Part shown: piece after piece, positions 9,469 to 18,540 of the stretch | How the letters are laid out: each line of letters opens with the position of its first letter | Numbering within the stretch: the first letter of the stretch is position 1 | Origin: an uncultured Gammaproteobacteria bacterium | GTDB lineage: Bacteria > Pseudomonadota > Gammaproteobacteria > GCA-001735895 | Direction of reading: 5' to 3' | DNA length: 36,383 nucleotides | NCBI GenBank assembly: GCA_937980285.1 | Contig: CALJQI010000063.1 | Coordinates: forward strand, 1 to 36,383 | Notes under the pieces: model-generated | Told to the model about the DNA's origin: nothing | Databases searched by the model: none | What the model saw: the letters and a program-made list of their open reading frames with translations, nothing else | Translations under genes and position numbers: made by a program

Positions 9469-10145
9469 TCTGAACTGCTCAGGCTGATCATCGCGTCGCG
9501 GTCATGAATCGTGACGTTGCGCCCGTCGATACTGACAATTTCCTGCTCGTGCAGGTGTTTCAAAATACGGGAAAAAGTTTCAGGCTTGACCGACAGCCTC
9601 GATGCGATAACGCTTTTGGCGACTTTCAGATCAAAACTATCAGCCTCCTCCGGCGCCTGCGCCAGCAGGTAGGAAACCGTGCGCACGGTACCGGTGTCGA
9701 GGCTGAGGGCGTCGATTTCGCGGATCAGGCCGCGCAGGCGGAAGCTCATCTTGGCCAGCATCAGGAAACAGGTATCGACCGAATCGCGCAGCATCGCCTT
9801 GAAATCCCTGCTGTTGATGCCGACTACCCTGCTCGGCGCCAGCGCGGTCGAAGTAACCGGGTAATGCGGCTCGTCCTGAAACATCAGGGCCTCGGCGAAG
9901 GTCGCGTCCTTTTCCAGGATTTCGACGACTTTTTCCTTGCCCTCGGGAGAAACCCGGTAGAGCTTGATTCGACCTGACAGCACCAGGTAAAAACTGACCG
10001 CGTCATCGCCCTGGAAAAACAGCGATTCGCCTTCGACCATATCGATAATATGGGAATGCCGCCGCACGCGATCGAGCTGCGTTTCGGTAAGCTCTGAAAA
10101 CATGTGGCAGCCGCGCAAGGCTTCAAGCAGTTTTTGCGAATCCAA
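9465..10145 (-). CDS. dnr: Crp/Fnr-family transcriptional regulator, Dnr/NnrR type
   Basis: cNMP-binding-like fold plus a C-terminal HTH with the FNR-class recognition motif ETFSRIL. No N-terminal Cys cluster, so not an Fe-S FNR. TTG start with GAGGGA upstream. Its stop overlaps the nirJ stop in a shared CTAG. Confidence 0.8.
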   Translation of the reverse strand: MDSQKLLEALRGCHMFSELTETQLDRVRRHSHIIDMVEGESLFFQGDDAVSFYLVLSGRIKLYRVSPEGKEKVVEILEKDATFAEALMFQDEPHYPVTSTALAPSRVVGINSRDFKAMLRDSVDTCFLMLAKMSFRLRGLIREIDALSLDTGTVRTVSYLLAQAPEEADSFDLKVAKSVIASRLSVKPETFSRILKHLHEQEIVSIDGRNVTIHDRDAMISLSSSD

Positions 10146-10247
10146 AATCGTCCCTCGAGCGAACAGGGTTTGCGGAAAAAATCCGATATTGACATGAAAA
10201 ATCTAGCTTTGCATCGAATATCGACCGCCCGACAGCGGCTATCGCGA

Positions 10248-11066
10248 TTAGCCTCGATCGAGCAGGCGCCGGCGAATGGCGCCCAGCTTGAGCGCATGAT
10301 TGGTGAAAACCCAGTCCACCCCGCGGTTCAATTCGCGGTAAAAACACTGGCGCGAAGCCGGGAATCCGCTGCCCAGTTTTTGCCCGCGCGCCTGATGCCG
10401 CTCGATAAGGGTCTTGCTCATCAGCAAATACTGGCCGCATAAGCCGCCGTAACCGTGCTCGATGACCTGCTGACTGAAGCGGTTAATATCGAGTTCGGCC
10501 ACCAGCAGGCAGGACGAGGCCCCGGCGAATGCGGCCGGCTCGAACAGGTCGGCCTGCAAGGCGAGGAAATGAAAATCCCGTCCAGCCTGCAAGGCAGAGA
10601 AAATTATCGCCAGCCGTTCGGCCTTGCTCTGGTCCCGATCGAGCCGATCGCGCTTCAACTCCACCATCAGGTGGGTATGGCCGCCAAACTCCGCGACCAC
10701 TTCCTCGAGGGTCGGTATTTCAGGTATCTGCCGGCGCAACTGCTGCAGGCTGACATCGGCAACGCTCAGGTCCTTGTCGAACACTCGCCCGCTGGTCGGA
10801 TCGTGAATAACAACCGGATGCAGATCCCGGGTCCAGCGCACATCGAATTCGATTCCCCAGATGCCAGCCTCCGCCACCGCGCGGAACGCGGCCAGGGTAT
10901 TTTCCCTGGTTCGCCGGTTATCGTGTTCACCGCGATGCGAAACCAGCCGGCAATCCGCCAGGCGCTGGCGCGACGGGCGTTTTCGCGGGATTAACATAAA
11001 GCAGAAATCGGCGATGCGCTGGGCTAGTGTCTCGAGATAGAAAATCGTCTTCACAGCGCCTGCCAT
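10248..11066 (-). CDS. glycerophosphodiester phosphodiesterase (GDPD) family protein
   Basis: VSHRGEHDNRRTRENTLAAFRAVAEAGIWGIEFDVRWTRDLHPVVIHD. Alternative start at ATG 10997. Confidence 0.75.
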   Translation of the reverse strand: MAGAVKTIFYLETLAQRIADFCFMLIPRKRPSRQRLADCRLVSHRGEHDNRRTRENTLAAFRAVAEAGIWGIEFDVRWTRDLHPVVIHDPTSGRVFDKDLSVADVSLQQLRRQIPEIPTLEEVVAEFGGHTHLMVELKRDRLDRDQSKAERLAIIFSALQAGRDFHFLALQADLFEPAAFAGASSCLLVAELDINRFSQQVIEHGYGGLCGQYLLMSKTLIERHQARGQKLGSGFPASRQCFYRELNRGVDWVFTNHALKLGAIRRRLLDRG

Positions 11067-11299
11067 TCGAGGCCCAGGCGGGGTGCCGGATAAGTCGGCA
11101 TGACCTGTTTACCGTAGAGCAGTGACAGCCTGACCTGGCTGACGGTGCCGTCGGCCGCCGCCAGCAGCGGTGTTTGCAGGTCGCTATCCAGCTTCGATTT
11201 GACGATTATTCCATGACCCTGCTTGTAGTAGACACCGCAGCCGGCAGGCAGCAGCAGTAATAAAAAGCTCGCAATAAAAAGATTGATCGGCACCGGCAT
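11051..11299 (-). CDS. small putative lipoprotein
   Basis: Signal peptide with lipobox LLPAGC. No recognisable family. Confidence 0.45.
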   Translation of the reverse strand: MPVPINLFIASFLLLLLPAGCGVYYKQGHGIIVKSKLDSDLQTPLLAAADGTVSQVRLSLLYGKQVMPTYPAPRLGLEWQAL

Positions 11300-11449
11300 A
11301 ACGGAACTCTAATTCAATCGGACTGCAATTAAAATGGCCGCGGCAAACTGCTTGCCAGTGGTTTTGATTCAAGGCCGCGGCGAGAGGAAGTAAGTCAAAT
11401 GGGGAGCGCCGTCCCTGGCGTCGAGGGGAAGTCGGAAACTGGCGGATTG

Positions 11450-11683
11450 CTAGGGAACATTTGCCTTTTCGCGTACCGAGTGCAGGCGCTTGTTGAGAAA
11501 GCGCAGTTCGGAAATGAGGTATCGCCTGCGACTGGGTTCGAGATGCATGGCGTTACTCATTCTGACCTGTTCGGTGAGGTTGTCTATCGATCGTACGAGC
11601 TTGATTTCTTCAATCGCGAGGCCGAGGTAGCGCAATACACAACTCGTCGACTGCGGATCGATGTGGATATTTGTCTGGCTCAT
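11450..11683 (-). CDS. hypothetical small protein (77 aa)
   Basis: ATG at 11683 preceded by GAGG at a 7-nt spacing. Lies in an AT-rich islet. No recognisable motif. Confidence 0.4.
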   Translation of the reverse strand: MSQTNIHIDPQSTSCVLRYLGLAIEEIKLVRSIDNLTEQVRMSNAMHLEPSRRRYLISELRFLNKRLHSVREKANVP

Positions 11684-11836
11684 GGAATACCTCAACTTAT
11701 AAATTGAAGTAGGTATATAGAAACGGGCATTGGCTTTATCTGTGACTCAATTCCGATCCAACTGTAAATTTCTTCACCGCCGAGGAGGGAATTGCATGCG
11801 CTTGTGACGAGGATCTATTTTAATTTGAGCATCGGG

Positions 11837-12676
11837 TCACATTTCGATTCGACCGGTCTCGCTGTCGTCACCCCGGATAGCCGCATTTAATGTCCTGGCG
11901 CAATCGGTCTCGAGCTTTAATCCGATCAATTCGTCGGCACGGGTTTTACCGCGGTTGATGGCCGCAATCGGCAACCCCGCCCGCGAAGCCTCGCGTACGA
12001 AGCGAAAGCCCGAGTAAACCATTAGCGAAGAACCAACGATCAGCACCGCATCGGCCTGCCGCAGAGCATCGTAACAGGACTCGACCCGCGCCTTCGGCAC
12101 CGATTCGCCGAAAAACACGACCGCGGGTTTGAGCCTGCCGCCACAGGCCTTGCAGCTGGGCACATGGATTTCGGTTTCATCGTAGTCGTCTAACACCGCG
12201 TCGCCATCCGGCGCCGGTTGCGCCGTCAAATGCGCCAGCAGCGGGTTGCCCGCCAGCAGGCTTTGCTGCATCGACGCGCGCGGAATCTGCGCGGCGCAGT
12301 CCAGGCATTCGACGGTGGTCAGCGAACCGTGCAGTTCGGTGACCCGCCGGCTGCCGGCACGCTGGTGAAGCCCGTCGACGTTCTGGGTTACCGTGCGGAT
12401 CAGCCGTCCCTGGCGCTCGAGTCGGGCGAGCGCGAGGTGGGCGGGATTCGGGCTTGCGTGTTGAAACCGCTGCCAGCCGACAAACGAGCGCGCCCAATAG
12501 CGCTGCCTGGCCCGGTGCGAACCGACGAAATCCCGGTACTCCATCGGCTTGCGGTGTTTCCACTTCCCGCTCTCGTCGCGGTAGTCCGGAATTCCGGAGG
12601 CGGTACTAATGCCGGCGCCGGTCAATACGAACAGACGTTGGTGGCGGGCGAGAAATTCGCTTAATCTGGCAGACAT
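11837..12676 (-). CDS. cobB: NAD-dependent protein deacylase, Sir2 family
   Basis: VLTGAGISTASGIPDYRD, TQNVDGLH, and a Zn ribbon CLDC...CKACGG. Confidence 0.85.
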   Translation of the reverse strand: MSARLSEFLARHQRLFVLTGAGISTASGIPDYRDESGKWKHRKPMEYRDFVGSHRARQRYWARSFVGWQRFQHASPNPAHLALARLERQGRLIRTVTQNVDGLHQRAGSRRVTELHGSLTTVECLDCAAQIPRASMQQSLLAGNPLLAHLTAQPAPDGDAVLDDYDETEIHVPSCKACGGRLKPAVVFFGESVPKARVESCYDALRQADAVLIVGSSLMVYSGFRFVREASRAGLPIAAINRGKTRADELIGLKLETDCARTLNAAIRGDDSETGRIEM

Positions 12677-12749
12677 GCGGCGTATTTTAGCAGTCGCTCG
12701 AGGCAAACAGGACTTTTATCCCGGCGCCCGCTTCAACTATCATACGGAG

Positions 12750-13808
12750 ATGGCGATTCGCACTACCTGTATCGGGGCATATCCCAAGCCGGACTATATC
12801 GAAATCGGCAACTTCGCCGAAACCGATGATCAGGACGAGGGCTCGACACGCGCCTTCACTTACACCCAGGACGACGCGGATCAGGTCGAAGAGAACTTAC
12901 TGGTTGACGCCACGCGCGCGGCAATCGAGGACCAGCTGGCCTGCGGGATCGATATTCCGACCGATGGCGAACAGCGGCGCGAGAACTACATTCATTACCA
13001 CTGCCGCAACCTGGCCGGCATCGATTTCGTCAACCTGACCAACAAGGTGCACCGTAACGGCGCCGCGGTAGCCGACCTGCCAACCATAACCGCTCGTATC
13101 GAACCCCGTGGAAATCATTTTCTCGACCGTGATTACAAACTCGCGCAGCAGTTCAGCGATAAACCCGTCAAACTCACCGTCCCCGGTCCACTATCGATCA
13201 TCGACACAACAGCCAACAGTTTTTATAGCCGCGAGCGCGAACTCGCCTTCGATCTCGCGGACGCGCTCAACTACGAAATCCGCGCCCTCGCCGATGCCGG
13301 CTGCAAGTACATCCAGGTCGACGAGCCCTTGTTCGTGCGCAAGGTCGATGACGCGCTCGCCTTCGGTGTCGAGTGCCTGGATCGATGCTTCGACGGTATC
13401 GACGCCGGCGTCACGCGGGTGATGCACATGTGCTGCGGCTACCCGGGTCACGTCGACGACGACGATTACCTGAAAGCGGACCCCGATTGTTATTTCCAGC
13501 TGGCGCGAGCGGTCGACGGTTCGAGCGTGGACCAGGTCTCGATCGAAGACGCACACTGCCTGAACGATTTGACCTTGCTCGAGCATTTCCGGCAAAGCGC
13601 CGTCATCCTCGGCGTGGTGACCATTGCCAGCAGCCGGGTCGAAAGCGCCGACTATATCCAGCAGCGCCTGCAAAACGCTTTGCGACACATCGACCAAGAT
13701 CGCCTGCTGGCTGCACCCGACTGCGGTCTGATGATGCTCGGGCGCGAACTGGCGATGGCGAAGCTTGCCAACATGTGCCGCGCCGCACAGGCGATTGATC
13801 GCGCCTGA
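12750..13808 (+). CDS. cobalamin-independent methionine synthase-like protein (MetE catalytic-domain only)
   Basis: TTCIGAYPKPDYIE N-terminus. Zn-ligand motifs MHMCCGYPG and APDCGLM. Start trimmed to ATG 12750 (GGAG upstream) to remove the overlap with the divergent cobB. Confidence 0.75.
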   Translation: MAIRTTCIGAYPKPDYIEIGNFAETDDQDEGSTRAFTYTQDDADQVEENLLVDATRAAIEDQLACGIDIPTDGEQRRENYIHYHCRNLAGIDFVNLTNKVHRNGAAVADLPTITARIEPRGNHFLDRDYKLAQQFSDKPVKLTVPGPLSIIDTTANSFYSRERELAFDLADALNYEIRALADAGCKYIQVDEPLFVRKVDDALAFGVECLDRCFDGIDAGVTRVMHMCCGYPGHVDDDDYLKADPDCYFQLARAVDGSSVDQVSIEDAHCLNDLTLLEHFRQSAVILGVVTIASSRVESADYIQQRLQNALRHIDQDRLLAAPDCGLMMLGRELAMAKLANMCRAAQAIDRA

Positions 13809-13850
13809 AAACTATCGTATAAACGATCAGGGTTTAATCAGGGAGCCGCT

Positions 13851-14846
13851 ATGTCTGTCGATTTAAGCAATAAGAAAATAATCATGGTTCACGGCCTGGC
13901 ATCGAAGCCGCCGCGCGACATCACCCACGAACTCTGGCGCAAAACCCTGGTGGAGAACATTCGGGTCGACCAAGGCCAGCTGGCGAAAAGCCTCGATGCC
14001 AATCCACAGCTGTTCGAATCCGCTTACTGGGCCGACGCCGTGCCCCACCATATTCCGGATGACAGGGCATACTGCAAAAAGCTGGAAGCGCAGGTCGACA
14101 AGGTTATCGCCGAGCGGCGCGAAACCAAAGACAGTTTCCACGTCGGAGCCGGTGAAAAGCTAGGCAGCTTTTTCAAGGATCGCGGTCTCGACCTGGCCAA
14201 ATTGCTGGCCGGCGCACTGACCGTAAAGGACGACGTGATGACCCATTTTTTGCGCGAGACCGAACTTTACGACCAGGACCAGTACATCGCAGACCGTATT
14301 CGCGCACCGCTGGAAGACGCGCTGCGCAGGGCCTGGGACGAAGGCTGCGAGCCGGTGATTCTGTCACACAGCATGGGCAGTTTCATCAGCTATGACGTGT
14401 TGTGGCGCTTCGCCCATCGCAAAACCGAAGCGTTCAACAAATACGCTAACAGGCGCGTCAAAATGTTCGTCACCATGGGTTCTCCGCTGGGCGACCCGAC
14501 GGTCAGAGACCTTCTGTTTGCAAGTCACCACCAGGATCATGGCCGACGCCAGTTTCCGACCAACATCGAACGCTGGCATAACTACGCCTGCCTCGGCGAC
14601 GTGGTATCGCACCAGAAAAATTTTCATGAAGCCTTCTACCAGCCGATGCGCAAACTTCAGATATTCCCGGCCGGCAAGAAATTCCGCAGCATCGATTACG
14701 TCGATTTGCACAATCCCTTCGAAGTCGTAACCCATGCCGGCAACCGCAAAAAGGAAAAGCGCAACCCGCACAAGTCTTATGGCTACCTGGCGCAGCCGCG
14801 CCTGGGCAGCTGGGTCGCCGATTACCTGCTCGACAGGCTGCGTTGA
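13851..14846 (+). CDS. alpha/beta-hydrolase-like protein (lipase-type nucleophile elbow), function unknown
   Basis: IIMVHGL oxyanion-type motif and a GxSxG-like SHSMGS. GGGAG SD upstream. Confidence 0.55.
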   Translation: MSVDLSNKKIIMVHGLASKPPRDITHELWRKTLVENIRVDQGQLAKSLDANPQLFESAYWADAVPHHIPDDRAYCKKLEAQVDKVIAERRETKDSFHVGAGEKLGSFFKDRGLDLAKLLAGALTVKDDVMTHFLRETELYDQDQYIADRIRAPLEDALRRAWDEGCEPVILSHSMGSFISYDVLWRFAHRKTEAFNKYANRRVKMFVTMGSPLGDPTVRDLLFASHHQDHGRRQFPTNIERWHNYACLGDVVSHQKNFHEAFYQPMRKLQIFPAGKKFRSIDYVDLHNPFEVVTHAGNRKKEKRNPHKSYGYLAQPRLGSWVADYLLDRLR

Positions 14847-15085
14847 CGGGGTCTCGGAGGCGGACAGGCGGTCGACCCGCTTCGCCGTCGGTTTCCGCGT
14901 GGGGAATTTCGCTCTCGGGCCCTTTTTTCAGCCAGTCGGATAATGCCCTGCTATACTTGTCGGCAAAGTCGGGTTTTCAGGCCCCGGGGCATTCGCCATA
15001 CGGGTCTGAGTGGCATTTATCGGGTACGCAGTAGCGCGATCGAATCGCCGCAGGGCAGCTTACAGTTGGACAGTTCACATAAGCA

Positions 15086-16789
15086 GTGCAAATGAAGGTT
15101 GAAATCAGGCAAATCGCTTTACTGGCGCTGCTGTGCCTGCAAACTTCTATCGCCGTCTCAGTCGACTCGCCCGACCTCGGGTTAAGCGAGGAGGAACGGC
15201 AATGGCTGAACGAAAATCCGACGGTCAGTTTTACCGGCGATCCCAACTGGTTGCCATACGAGGCGTTCGATGCCAATGGCGAATACATCGGCATCGTCTC
15301 GGAGCATCTCGAACTAATCGCCGAGATGACCGGCATCAGCTTCGCGATGAGTCCGAGCAAGACCTGGACCGAGTCGACCATCAAGGCGAAACAGGGCGAT
15401 GTCGACATTCTCTCCGAAACCGACGATTCAGATCTCAAATCACACCTGGTTTTTACCAATAGTTACCTGTCCAACCCCATCGTCATCGCGATGCACAACC
15501 GCGAGAATTATGTCGAAAGCATTTCCAGGATACGCGAGCGAAAAATCGCGCTGATCAGGGATTACGGTTACGCATCGAAAATCAGGCGAAAGTATGCAGA
15601 TATCGAGTTCATCACCGTGGATGACATCCAGCACGGACTGGTTGCGGTATCCACCGGTGAAGTCGATGCGCTGCTGTGCACGCTGGCGCTTTGCAGTTAT
15701 ACCATCGCCGAGCTGGGCCTGAATAATATCAGGATCGTCGGCAAAACCGAGTTCGACACCAAGCTGGCGCTTGGCGTACAGAAAAACCTGCCGTTACTGG
15801 TTTCGATATTGAACAAGGCCATAGGCAATATCCAGCCGGGCCGGCAACAGGTCATTCTCGACGCCTGGATAAAACAGAAGTTTGTCGAGCGCACAGACTA
15901 TACCCTGGTTTACCAGGTAGTCGGCATAGCGGTTTTACTGATCGCCGTTTTCGTTTTCTGGAATCGCCGCCTGTCGCGCGAGGTAGGCCTCAGGGTGGCG
16001 ACGGAAAACGTGCTGAAAAAGGAAATGGCGCATCGCGAAAAGGTGTCCGCCGAGCTCGAGAACCAGAACGCGGAACTGGAACGCTTTGCCTACATGGTGT
16101 CTCATGACCTGAAGACACCGCTGGTTACGATAAAGGGCTTCATCGGTCTGCTCTCCAGGGATATCGCCGCCAACGACTCCGCGCGGATCAGCGCCGACAT
16201 AGAGAAAATCAACGGTGCCGCCGATACCATGGGACAGTTGCTGAACGACCTGCTCGAACTGAGCCGAATCGGTCGGGTGATGGGAGAACCCGAGGCCTGC
16301 TCGCTGAGCGAAATCGCCAACAAGGCGCTCGAGCTGGTGCGTTCCGAGATCGACCACAAGAAAATAGAGATCGAGGTCGAAGACATGCCGCAAGCCTGGG
16401 GTGATCAAACCAGGCTGATCGAGGTTTATCTGAACCTGATCGAAAACGCGGTCAAGTTCACTGGAGAGCAGCCATCGCCACGGGTGCTTGTAGGCGCCGA
16501 AGAAAGGGGCAACAAGATCTATTGCCACGTCCGCGACAACGGTCTCGGAATCGCTCCGGAATTCCAGTCCCAGGTTTTCGGGCTGTTCGAGCGACTGGAC
16601 GCGAAGGTAGAGGGTACCGGTGTCGGGCTGGCGCTGGTAAAGCGAATTATCGAGGTGCATGGCGGCGAAATCTGGATCGAGTCCGAAGGCATCGGTCACG
16701 GTTGCAAGGTCGTATTTACCCTGCCAAAAGCGCCGGCGTCAAGCGAGCACCGTGAAGACGAGCAGCCCAGGCTCGAGTCAATCGCTTAA
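15086..16789 (+). CDS. sensor histidine kinase with a periplasmic solute-binding (SBP_bac_3-like) domain
   Basis: Signal/TM segment, a solute-binding-like domain of about 240 aa, a TM segment, the H-box FAYMVSHDLKTPL, and N/G boxes (LIENAVKF, DNGLGI, GTGVGLALV). Start is GTG 15086 or ATG 15092. Confidence 0.85.
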   Translation: MQMKVEIRQIALLALLCLQTSIAVSVDSPDLGLSEEERQWLNENPTVSFTGDPNWLPYEAFDANGEYIGIVSEHLELIAEMTGISFAMSPSKTWTESTIKAKQGDVDILSETDDSDLKSHLVFTNSYLSNPIVIAMHNRENYVESISRIRERKIALIRDYGYASKIRRKYADIEFITVDDIQHGLVAVSTGEVDALLCTLALCSYTIAELGLNNIRIVGKTEFDTKLALGVQKNLPLLVSILNKAIGNIQPGRQQVILDAWIKQKFVERTDYTLVYQVVGIAVLLIAVFVFWNRRLSREVGLRVATENVLKKEMAHREKVSAELENQNAELERFAYMVSHDLKTPLVTIKGFIGLLSRDIAANDSARISADIEKINGAADTMGQLLNDLLELSRIGRVMGEPEACSLSEIANKALELVRSEIDHKKIEIEVEDMPQAWGDQTRLIEVYLNLIENAVKFTGEQPSPRVLVGAEERGNKIYCHVRDNGLGIAPEFQSQVFGLFERLDAKVEGTGVGLALVKRIIEVHGGEIWIESEGIGHGCKVVFTLPKAPASSEHREDEQPRLESIA

Positions 16790-16798
16790 CTACGGTAT

Positions 16799-18361
16799 TT
16801 AATCACCGTAATCGAAACGGCAGATGCGGTTGCGGCCACCCTGCTTGGCCTGGTAGAGCGCGATATCGGCCTGCTCGATCAACAACGTGCAACTTTTTTC
16901 ATAAATCGGCAGCATGGCCGCAACGCCGATACTGACCGTAACATAAGGCGCTACCGACGAGGTCACGTGAGGGATTTTTGCCGCCAGCACCCCGTCGAGG
17001 CAATCCTGAGCCACTTTCAACGCGCCGTCGAGTTCGGCCTGGGGCAGCAATGCGACAAACTCCTCGCCGCCGTAGCGCGCGATCAAATCGCCCGGGCGCT
17101 GCATGCAATTCTCGAGTATCTGAGCCACCGCGACCAGGCAATCGTCACCGCGCAAGTGGCCATGGTGATCGTTGTACTCCTTGAACTTGTCGACGTCGAT
17201 CATCAACAGCGCCAGGGTATGATCGGAGCGCGCGCCGCGGCCCCATTCGGCCAGTAGCCGCATATCGAACTCGCGCCGATTGCAAACCGAGGTCAGGGCA
17301 TCGACGCGCGCGATATTGTTGAGCTGCTGTTGCGAGCGGCGCGCCTGTAAGTGCATGTTGAGCCGCGCCCTAAGCACCCTGGGATGGAACGGTTTGGCGA
17401 TAAAATCGGCGGCGCCGTTTTCAAACGCCGAGACCTCGGCTTCGGTGGTTTTATCATCGGAAACGAAAATAACCGGCACTGCTGCCTCGAGGTCGGAGTC
17501 GGTCGAGTTGCGCCACCAGTCGGTACTGTCGATCCCCCCTAGCAACACGGTATTGACGATGACCAGGTCCGGCATGCCGAAGTTCAGCGCCGATGCCACC
17601 AGCCCGGTAAACTCGCCGACGACCTCGACCTGCGCATCCCGCATTTGCTCGACTATCATTTGCAGGCTTTCGACATCCTTGTCCAGCACCAGTATCCGCT
17701 GTCGTTCCTCTCGCTCGCAGACGCCTGGTTTAACCGCATCCGAAACCAGTGACCCGGTTTGCAGAAACGCATCCAGTTCGGGCTCGAGCGGGAAGCCGAT
17801 TACGGTCTCGCCGCTGCCACTGACGACGATCGGAATATTTCGATCGAACTCGGGATTGGCATCCCATTCGTCTTGCCAATTACTCAAGGTCTCTTCATCC
17901 GAGGCATCTTCCCGCGGCGGATCGATCTCGAGGTCAGACAGCAACGAATTCAGTAAATCCGGCCTCGATATATCCTGCCCCTCCAGCCATAACGCACGAT
18001 AGATACGCTGCCGCAATTGCGGAGCTTTTATCGGGTCAGACTGGGTGACGGCGTTTACCAGGCTCGATGCTGCGGCCGAGTTCGGTCTGAACATGGGTAC
18101 ATTGATTCGAATCGAATGCGCGCGTCGACGCAGCTCGGCGACTTCGTTGGTCAACTCGCTGATAATTTTGTAGCCGCTGCGGCTACTAGAAGCCGACGGC
18201 GCATGCTGAATCGTACGAAACTCAACCCGGTGGTCCAGGCCCATCGCGTGCAGACGTTCGTTTAATGCGTAACAGAATGGACAGTTAAAATCGGCGTAAA
18301 CGATGAAATCCCCGACACCGTTCTCGTTTAGCTGCTCCCCTGTTTGTGATGCATTACCCAT
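16799..18361 (-). CDS. DsbA-like thioredoxin-fold domain / degenerate receiver / GGDEF diguanylate cyclase
   Basis: N-terminal FNCPFCYALNERL (CxxC). REC-like middle domain with LVIVNTVL (Asn where the phospho-Asp is expected). C-terminal RPGDLIARYGGEEF, i.e. an RxxD I-site plus an active GGEEF. Confidence 0.8.
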   Translation of the reverse strand: MGNASQTGEQLNENGVGDFIVYADFNCPFCYALNERLHAMGLDHRVEFRTIQHAPSASSSRSGYKIISELTNEVAELRRRAHSIRINVPMFRPNSAAASSLVNAVTQSDPIKAPQLRQRIYRALWLEGQDISRPDLLNSLLSDLEIDPPREDASDEETLSNWQDEWDANPEFDRNIPIVVSGSGETVIGFPLEPELDAFLQTGSLVSDAVKPGVCEREERQRILVLDKDVESLQMIVEQMRDAQVEVVGEFTGLVASALNFGMPDLVIVNTVLLGGIDSTDWWRNSTDSDLEAAVPVIFVSDDKTTEAEVSAFENGAADFIAKPFHPRVLRARLNMHLQARRSQQQLNNIARVDALTSVCNRREFDMRLLAEWGRGARSDHTLALLMIDVDKFKEYNDHHGHLRGDDCLVAVAQILENCMQRPGDLIARYGGEEFVALLPQAELDGALKVAQDCLDGVLAAKIPHVTSSVAPYVTVSIGVAAMLPIYEKSCTLLIEQADIALYQAKQGGRNRICRFDYGD

Positions 18362-18540
18362 GCCCTGGGTTCCTAGGTTATTCTGATTATTGCGATAAAA
18401 TCGCGCTTTACCACCGGCGATTATATGTCATTGTACGTCGCTTTCGAAGCGCTCATTGCCCGCCAGGTGTAACGGGTACCGCAATACCCGGCGCCGTGCT
18501 AAGGTTCGAAGCAGGCAAGCGACGCTGGCCGGGAAATAAG

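Noticed and set aside
10181-10200. TTGACATGAAAAAT upstream of dnr as a possible FNR/Anr box.
   Set aside because: Only the left half-site matches. The right half (AAAAT versus ATCAA) does not.
18392-18404. Inverted repeat GCGAT-AAA-ATCGC in the divergent region between the GGDEF gene and the CarboxypepD_reg gene.
   Set aside because: It is a short 5-bp-arm repeat with no second copy or matching regulator. It could easily arise by chance.
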